The notes below the pieces were generated by a model. The model saw nothing but the letters and a program-made list of their open reading frames with translations. It was not told the origin of the DNA and searched no databases. A stretch of 64,000 nucleotides of DNA from an uncultured Planctomycetaceae bacterium (GTDB taxonomy: Bacteria; Planctomycetota; Planctomycetia; Planctomycetales; Planctomycetaceae), in assembly GCA_963976765.1 (NCBI GenBank), contig CAXBME010000007.1, positions 62,001 to 126,000 on the forward strand, written 5' to 3'. Shown one piece after another: positions 58,713 through 64,000 of the stretch; positions within the stretch are counted from its first letter, which is position 1, and every line of letters begins with the position of its first letter. The translations under genes were made by a program, and so were the position numbers.

Positions 58713-59744
58713 ATGCGGATCGTCAAAACTGGCTCCCAACTCTTCTTCCTGCTGATTCTTGCCAGCAGCCAGAATGTCTTTGCTCAGTACAGCGACGAAG
58801 TTGTGCAGCGCGGCTCGACTCCAGGCAGTCGCATCACGATCCGGTGCCAGATCATCGACTACACCGGCAGCAAACTCACCTACAGACAGTCATCGTCCGA
58901 CAAGGCAAAGGAACTCAGCTCGTCGAACGTTGTCACGATTCGCACCGCGCAGACGACGGCTCAGAAGGAAGGCATTAAAGCGTTCGACGAAGGACGGACT
59001 CGTGATGCCGAGTTTCAGTTTACCGAGGCCGTTAACTCTGAGCCGCGAGTCTGGATGCGTCGAGAAATTCTCAGCATGATGGTTCGCTGTGCTCTGAAAC
59101 GGAACGACTACCTGACTGCCGGGACGAGGTTTCGATTGCTGTTTGAAAGCGACTCAGAAACTGCCCACATCAACCTGATTCCGCTTCTCTGGAACGATTT
59201 GACGGCTGAAGGCGAAGCTCGTGCCGCAGCCGTCTCGTGGCTGAACGACGAGAAACCAATCGCCCGACTGATGGCGGCAAGCTGGCTCTTCTTTGATCCA
59301 GACTACAGCGAAAAATCACTGGCTGTGTTTAATGAACTGGCCAGAAGTTCAGGCGGTCGAATCAAGCAACTTGCCAGTTGGCAGCGGCTTCGGTTTCAGG
59401 TTCGCGCTGGCGACGTCACCGACTTCAACCTGGAGCGTTGGGACACGAATCTCGGCAAGCTGGAACCGGCTTTGCGACCAGGGCCACTGTTTCTGCTTGG
59501 TCGAGGCTACGTCGTTCGGCAGGACTTTGAAATTGCGGCGGCGACGTTCCTGAAGGTGCCGCTGGTTTACGACTCCGAACATCCTCTCAGCGCTGAAAGT
59601 ATGCTTGAAGCCGGCCGGTCTCTCACCAGAATCGGTCTGCGAAACGACGCTGCGAAGCTTTATTCCGAAGTTCTCGACCGATACGCCTACGCCGCCGTCA
59701 GTGAGACCGCTCGCCAGGAACTCACTCAGCTTGCGGCTCAATAG
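58713..59744 (+). CDS. Exported TPR-like protein
   Basis: Signal peptide ending VFAQ; C-terminal AAATFLKVPLVY...AESMLEAGRSL...AAKLYSEVLDRY. Confidence 0.7.
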   Translation: MRIVKTGSQLFFLLILASSQNVFAQYSDEVVQRGSTPGSRITIRCQIIDYTGSKLTYRQSSSDKAKELSSSNVVTIRTAQTTAQKEGIKAFDEGRTRDAEFQFTEAVNSEPRVWMRREILSMMVRCALKRNDYLTAGTRFRLLFESDSETAHINLIPLLWNDLTAEGEARAAAVSWLNDEKPIARLMAASWLFFDPDYSEKSLAVFNELARSSGGRIKQLASWQRLRFQVRAGDVTDFNLERWDTNLGKLEPALRPGPLFLLGRGYVVRQDFEIAAATFLKVPLVYDSEHPLSAESMLEAGRSLTRIGLRNDAAKLYSEVLDRYAYAAVSETARQELTQLAAQ

Positions 59745-60219
59745 TTCGCTGGGAGGCAAAGATTCGCTCCATCACGCGGTAGCCAGGGTCAACGAGATCA
59801 AGGGAACGATACGTCTGCTGCGCGCGAGCGTTCTCGTTCTCAACGTAAAGCCGCAGCCCAACGACGCCCGGAGTCGACTCGGCCAGTTGTTCAAGATGCT
59901 GGTTGAGTTTCCGAAAGACTCCCTGGCGTCGAAAATCGGCATGCACATAGACACTCTGCAGCCACCAGATATCACCGTTCCGCCAGTCACTCCACTCAAA
60001 GGTGTGCATCAGCTGTCCGACGATTCGCCCGTCCGATCTGCATGCCACGAAGTAACGCCCTCGACGAGCGTCGTTGAGCAACGCCTTCACGCCAGCTCGA
60101 ACGGTCTCCGGATCGAGCAATTTATCTTCCGTCTCCAACGCCAGCTGGCAGTTGAATTCAGCGATCGTGTCGGCATCGCCAATTGTCGCGTCGCGAATGG
60201 TAATCTCTGTTTCTGACAC
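59722..60219 (-). CDS. GNAT family N-acetyltransferase
   Basis: FEWSDWRNG, QSVYVHADFRRQGVF, LRLYVENENARAQQTY. GTG start. Confidence 0.9.
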   Translation of the reverse strand: MSETEITIRDATIGDADTIAEFNCQLALETEDKLLDPETVRAGVKALLNDARRGRYFVACRSDGRIVGQLMHTFEWSDWRNGDIWWLQSVYVHADFRRQGVFRKLNQHLEQLAESTPGVVGLRLYVENENARAQQTYRSLDLVDPGYRVMERIFASQRTIEPQAE

Positions 60220-60387
60220 GTTGATACCTGCCGATGACGTTCTTTGAGTTTCGGGCTCGCGCGATCACTTCAGGGCAGCCAATAAGGCGTCGCCGAAAGT
60301 GACGCTGCCATGCTATCGTAGACCCGATGCCGAGCAAACCACGGACGATCCGAGACTGTTTGATTGAAAGATTCGGAACACTAATCG

Positions 60388-60435
60388 ACGCTGATTTTTG
60401 CTGATTCTGTGAGCAGAATCAGCGGAGATCAGTGT
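60388..60435. repeat. Palindromic element in a divergent intergenic region
   Basis: GCTGATTCTG-tgag-CAGAATCAGC perfect 10 bp stem, extended by ACGCTGAT/ATCAGTGT. Confidence 0.5.
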
Positions 60436-60508
60436 TTCTGGAATTCTCATCCTGATTGCTGCCGAATTATTCGTTTGGAACAACTCTTCGACGAGTAGAC
60501 ATCACCTG

Positions 60509-61294
60509 ATGAACCTGCCGACTCAATCCATGATTCTGATTCTGATGACGGTTTCAGCCGTGTCGGCGCTGTCCGGTTGCCTCGACAGTTCAACGGCTCA
60601 ACGGGACGAACCAAAGGTTTCGTCAATGCCAGCGTCGGATCAGGACAGAACAGAACTCTCAGACGATCCAGCGGAAACAGGCGACACGTCAGAGCTTGAA
60701 GAACCCACCAGCTCAGGCGATTCCGCCATCTTATTCGATGAGAGACAACTCAGTGAATCAGATCTCGTACGCAGCAGTTGGGAGAACCCGTTTCTTCCTC
60801 GTTTGTGGGCGTGCGAAGGCTGGACGATCGAAGAAGATTCGATGATCTGCGAGTCCGAAACTGCCTGGCCGGCCACTTTTCTTCGGCCGTATCGCAACGG
60901 AGTGATCGAGTGCCGCTTCTCTCGCAGTGCTGAAGAAGCCTCCGTCGAAGAGCCATCACCGATCGAATTTGAATTGCGATTGCTCAATCGTGACACGCGA
61001 CGCTGGGCAGCCGTGTCGCATGAGTCTGGTAAGGTGACCTTGTCAGAACCACAGAAGGATGAGGCGCAAACTCAACGACCTCTTCGTGCATCACCAGACA
61101 CCATCGGCAATGAGTCGAGGGATGTCGACGTTCGACTGACGATGACGCCTAACCGGATTCTGGTGGCGATCAATGGCCAGATACGGATCAACTCGCGGCG
61201 TCCAGCGTCGATTCTGAACGCCGAGTGTCTATCACAATTCGTTGTTCGCGAACGGGGCGTCACCATTTCTGATGTTCGGTTTGAAGGCGACTGA
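60509..61294 (+). CDS. Hypothetical lipoprotein
   Basis: Lipobox LSGC, acidic linker, beta-rich C-terminal domain. Confidence 0.65.
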   Translation: MNLPTQSMILILMTVSAVSALSGCLDSSTAQRDEPKVSSMPASDQDRTELSDDPAETGDTSELEEPTSSGDSAILFDERQLSESDLVRSSWENPFLPRLWACEGWTIEEDSMICESETAWPATFLRPYRNGVIECRFSRSAEEASVEEPSPIEFELRLLNRDTRRWAAVSHESGKVTLSEPQKDEAQTQRPLRASPDTIGNESRDVDVRLTMTPNRILVAINGQIRINSRRPASILNAECLSQFVVRERGVTISDVRFEGD

Positions 61295-61345
61295 ATTGTT
61301 TTCTGTGAGCGTTCGACGGTACTTTCAGAGATACCACTGACAGTC

Positions 61346-61408
61346 ACAGGCAGCGTTTTGACGCACCTGCACCATTCAGGCCCAGCGGTGCGTTGAGACG
61401 CACCCCGC
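61346..61408. repeat. Inverted REP pair (GACGCACC family)
   Basis: ACAGGCAGCGTTTTGACGCACC and GGTGCGTTGAGACGCACCCCGC. Confidence 0.7.
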
Positions 61409-61429
61409 AGACAGGTTCCGTTGTAGAAC

Positions 61430-63955
61430 ATGTTTTCGATTAATGATCCGATTTTGACATTTCGATTCGTTGCGGTTGTTGCCGTAACGCTGGTCGCCGG
61501 CGTGGCGACTGCTCAAGTCAGCCAGAAGCCAGCAGACGATGTTGCGGGCGTGCGATTCTTTGAGTCGAACATTCGACCGGTGCTCGTCAAACACTGCTAC
61601 GAGTGCCACTCGAAACAGTCCGGTGCTTCCGAAGGGGGACTGCGACTTGATACTCGTGAGGCTGTTCGCGCTGGCGGAGATCGTGGGCCGGCGGTCGTGC
61701 CGGGATCGCCGGAGAAGAGCATCCTGCTGACCGCCGTGACGCATTCGGATCCAGATCTGAAGATGCCGCCTCAGAAACGCAGGCTTTCAGATTCCGTCAT
61801 TGCCGACTTGCGGAAGTGGATCGAAACGGGAGCTTCCGATCCGCGGGAAGAAGCATCGGACGAGCTGGCTTCTGTGCGCAAAGCAGGGCGAGATTTCTGG
61901 GCGTTTCAGGCTCCTCGATTGTCGGTGGTTCCTCGGGTGGACGGAGATGTCTGGTCGCGACGTGACGTCGACCATTTCATCCTTTCGAAGCTTCGGGAAC
62001 AAGGACTCGTTCCATCGTCCGATGCCGAAATGCCAGCACTGATTCGGAGGCTTCACTTTGATCTGATCGGGCTTCCGCCATCGCCTGACGCGATCGATCA
62101 GTTCGTTGATCGAACCAGCAAAGAAGGCGTCGACAAAGCACTGGCAATTGAAGTTGACGATTTGCTGGCGTCGCCGCAGTTTGGCGAGCGATGGGGCAGG
62201 CACTGGCTGGATGTTGCACGGTTTGCCGAGTCCAGCGGCAAAGACGCCAACATCTCGTTCCCCTACGCCTGGCGATATCGCGATTACGTCATCGACTGCG
62301 TAAATGCCGACGTGCCGTATGACAGATTTCTGACCGAGCAGCTCGCGGGAGATCTGTTGCCGTTTGATTCGATCGAGGAGCGAGCACGGTTGTTGATCGC
62401 GACGGGGTTTCTGGCGGTCGGCACGAAGAATCTCGACGAAATGAACGCGTTGCAGTTTCAGGCAGACATCGTCGACGAGCAGATTGACACCGTGACGCGC
62501 GCGGTTCTCGGCAGTTCGGTCGCGTGCGCGAGATGCCATGATCACAAGTTCGACGCGTTCTCGATGAAGGATTACTACGCGCTTGCCGGCATCTTTGCCA
62601 GCACGAAGACTTACTTTGGAACGTTCGTCTCACCTGCGAACCGAGTCGGTGGAGATCCGCTGCCACTTCCGGTCGAGGCTGGTCTTCCGGTTTACCATGA
62701 GTCGATCAAGCCCGAACGTGTTGCGAAACTGGAAGCCGAACTGGCAAAGCTTCGGCAGGAAGAAAAAGACGGTCGTGCCGCCGTTTTCAAGGCAATCAAG
62801 GAAGGCAGGGACGCGTCGAACATCTTCACACTGAGTGACGCGCTTCGAATTTTCTGGCGGACTGGCTCCATCAAAGGGCAACTTGAGAAGGTCGACTCCG
62901 ATGGCAAAGCTCTGCCGCTGACGATGGGCGTTCGGGATCGAGAAAAAGTTGTCGACGTTCCAGTGTTGAAACGCGGCGAAATCGACCAGCCTGGCGATGT
63001 CGTCCCTCGCGCGTTTCCGACAGTCTTTGGTTTGCGTCAGGCAAATGCCTTGTCGAAAGATGCCAGCGGTCGGTTGGAGTTTGCTCAGTGGCTGACCGAT
63101 CCGCAGCACCCGCTCACGTCGCGCGTCATGGTTAACAGAATCTGGAAGCATGTCTTCGGCGAAGGACTCGTTGCGACCGTTGACGATTTTGGTTCGACCG
63201 GCCAGCTGCCGAGTCACCCGGAACTGCTGGATTTTCTGGCGTTGCGGTTTGTTGAGAATGAATGGTCGATCAAGTCGATGGTTCGCGAGCTGGTTCTCTC
63301 GCGAACGTACCGTCAGGCATCGACATGGCGCGAAGGGGCGTTTATCTCTGACCCCGATAATCGACTTTTATGGAGAATGCCGAAGCGACGGCTCGAAGCA
63401 GAGGCCATTCGCGATGCGATGCTGGCGGTTTCCGGTGAGCTGGATCGGGCACGGCCTGAAGCTTCGCTTGTCGGGCGGGTCATCGGTGACCGCCCCATTT
63501 CGCTGATCGGCCTGGACAAGCGACTTCCGACCGACCTCGATGGCAGTCTGAATCGATCGGTCTATCTTCCGGTGATTCGCGACCGGCTGCCCGACGTGCT
63601 GGAGCTTTTTGATTTTGCATCGGCCAGCTTCGTGACGGGGGCACGAGAAACGACGAACGTACCAACGCAGGCTCTGTATCTGATGAACAGTCCGTTCGTG
63701 CGGGATCGGTCAACGGCTCTTGCGAAACGTGTTCGTGATGAAACTGGCGACGACCAGAAAGCAGCGATTAACTCCGTTTTTCGATTGTGTTTTGGCCGGA
63801 AGCCTGACGCTGACGAAGAAACCAGCGCGTTGAAGTTTCTTTCGGATGATTCAGAAGCGAACGGCCAGTCACCAGGCAAAGGCGGTGGGGCCGACGCGTT
63901 GGCTCGTTTCTGTCAGGCAATCCTCTGCACGGCCGAGTTCCGAAATATCGATTGA
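61430..63955 (+). CDS. Planctomycete cytochrome c / DUF1549 / DUF1553 (PSD1) protein
   Basis: FFESNIRPVLVKHCYECH, GERWGRHWLDVARF, CARCHDHKFD, VNRIWKHVFG, PSHPELLD, RRLEAEAIRD, PTQALYLMN. Confidence 0.93.
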   Translation: MFSINDPILTFRFVAVVAVTLVAGVATAQVSQKPADDVAGVRFFESNIRPVLVKHCYECHSKQSGASEGGLRLDTREAVRAGGDRGPAVVPGSPEKSILLTAVTHSDPDLKMPPQKRRLSDSVIADLRKWIETGASDPREEASDELASVRKAGRDFWAFQAPRLSVVPRVDGDVWSRRDVDHFILSKLREQGLVPSSDAEMPALIRRLHFDLIGLPPSPDAIDQFVDRTSKEGVDKALAIEVDDLLASPQFGERWGRHWLDVARFAESSGKDANISFPYAWRYRDYVIDCVNADVPYDRFLTEQLAGDLLPFDSIEERARLLIATGFLAVGTKNLDEMNALQFQADIVDEQIDTVTRAVLGSSVACARCHDHKFDAFSMKDYYALAGIFASTKTYFGTFVSPANRVGGDPLPLPVEAGLPVYHESIKPERVAKLEAELAKLRQEEKDGRAAVFKAIKEGRDASNIFTLSDALRIFWRTGSIKGQLEKVDSDGKALPLTMGVRDREKVVDVPVLKRGEIDQPGDVVPRAFPTVFGLRQANALSKDASGRLEFAQWLTDPQHPLTSRVMVNRIWKHVFGEGLVATVDDFGSTGQLPSHPELLDFLALRFVENEWSIKSMVRELVLSRTYRQASTWREGAFISDPDNRLLWRMPKRRLEAEAIRDAMLAVSGELDRARPEASLVGRVIGDRPISLIGLDKRLPTDLDGSLNRSVYLPVIRDRLPDVLELFDFASASFVTGARETTNVPTQALYLMNSPFVRDRSTALAKRVRDETGDDQKAAINSVFRLCFGRKPDADEETSALKFLSDDSEANGQSPGKGGGADALARFCQAILCTAEFRNID

Positions 63956-64000
63956 GTCCGATTGAAAGTGCCGACCAAATCGCCAGGAAAAATGACAATG

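Noticed and set aside
63992..64000. ATG codons at the window end (likely start of a DUF1501-type partner gene)
   Set aside because: Only 9 bases are visible, so it cannot be supported from this window.

Overview
GC-rich bacterial chromosome segment, almost certainly from a planctomycete (inferred from the DUF1549/DUF1553 and DUF1592/DUF1552 cytochrome-c proteins, sulfatase, DUF1080, orphan Flp pilin and split coaC/coaB). About 48 protein genes. I saw no rRNA, tRNA, CRISPR array, transposase or integrase. In order: the tail of a vWA/BatA-type envelope operon (1-9 kb); TauE, GNAT, MscS, an LRR lipoprotein and an Old-Yellow-Enzyme; a FAD-oxidoreductase/DUF1365/Cfa-like lipid operon; thiolase followed by a DUF692/DUF2063 (MNIO) pair with no visible precursor; a DUF1592-DUF1552-ankyrin operon; ftsK; a ~940 bp hairpin-dense intergenic region that folds on the minus strand into a long nested rod (candidate large or 6S-like ncRNA); coaB/coaC; MOSC; sulfatase; a TIR-NACHT-pentapeptide-WD40 NLR-like gene frameshifted at near-identical 126 bp WD40 repeats; an aminotransferase; a degenerate LarA; a signalling block (ECF sigma, PspA, Zn-finger protein, pseudo-receiver regulator, PPP phosphatase, FHA-GAF-cyclase with an altered base pocket); an operon of two paralogous exported proteins plus a DUF11 lipoprotein; LolA-like/ExbB-like/vWA/TPR genes; and a DUF1553 cytochrome. 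Several unrelated families of paired inverted REP-like repeats occupy the intergenic spaces. All family calls come from manual motif recognition; no database searches or folding programs were run.
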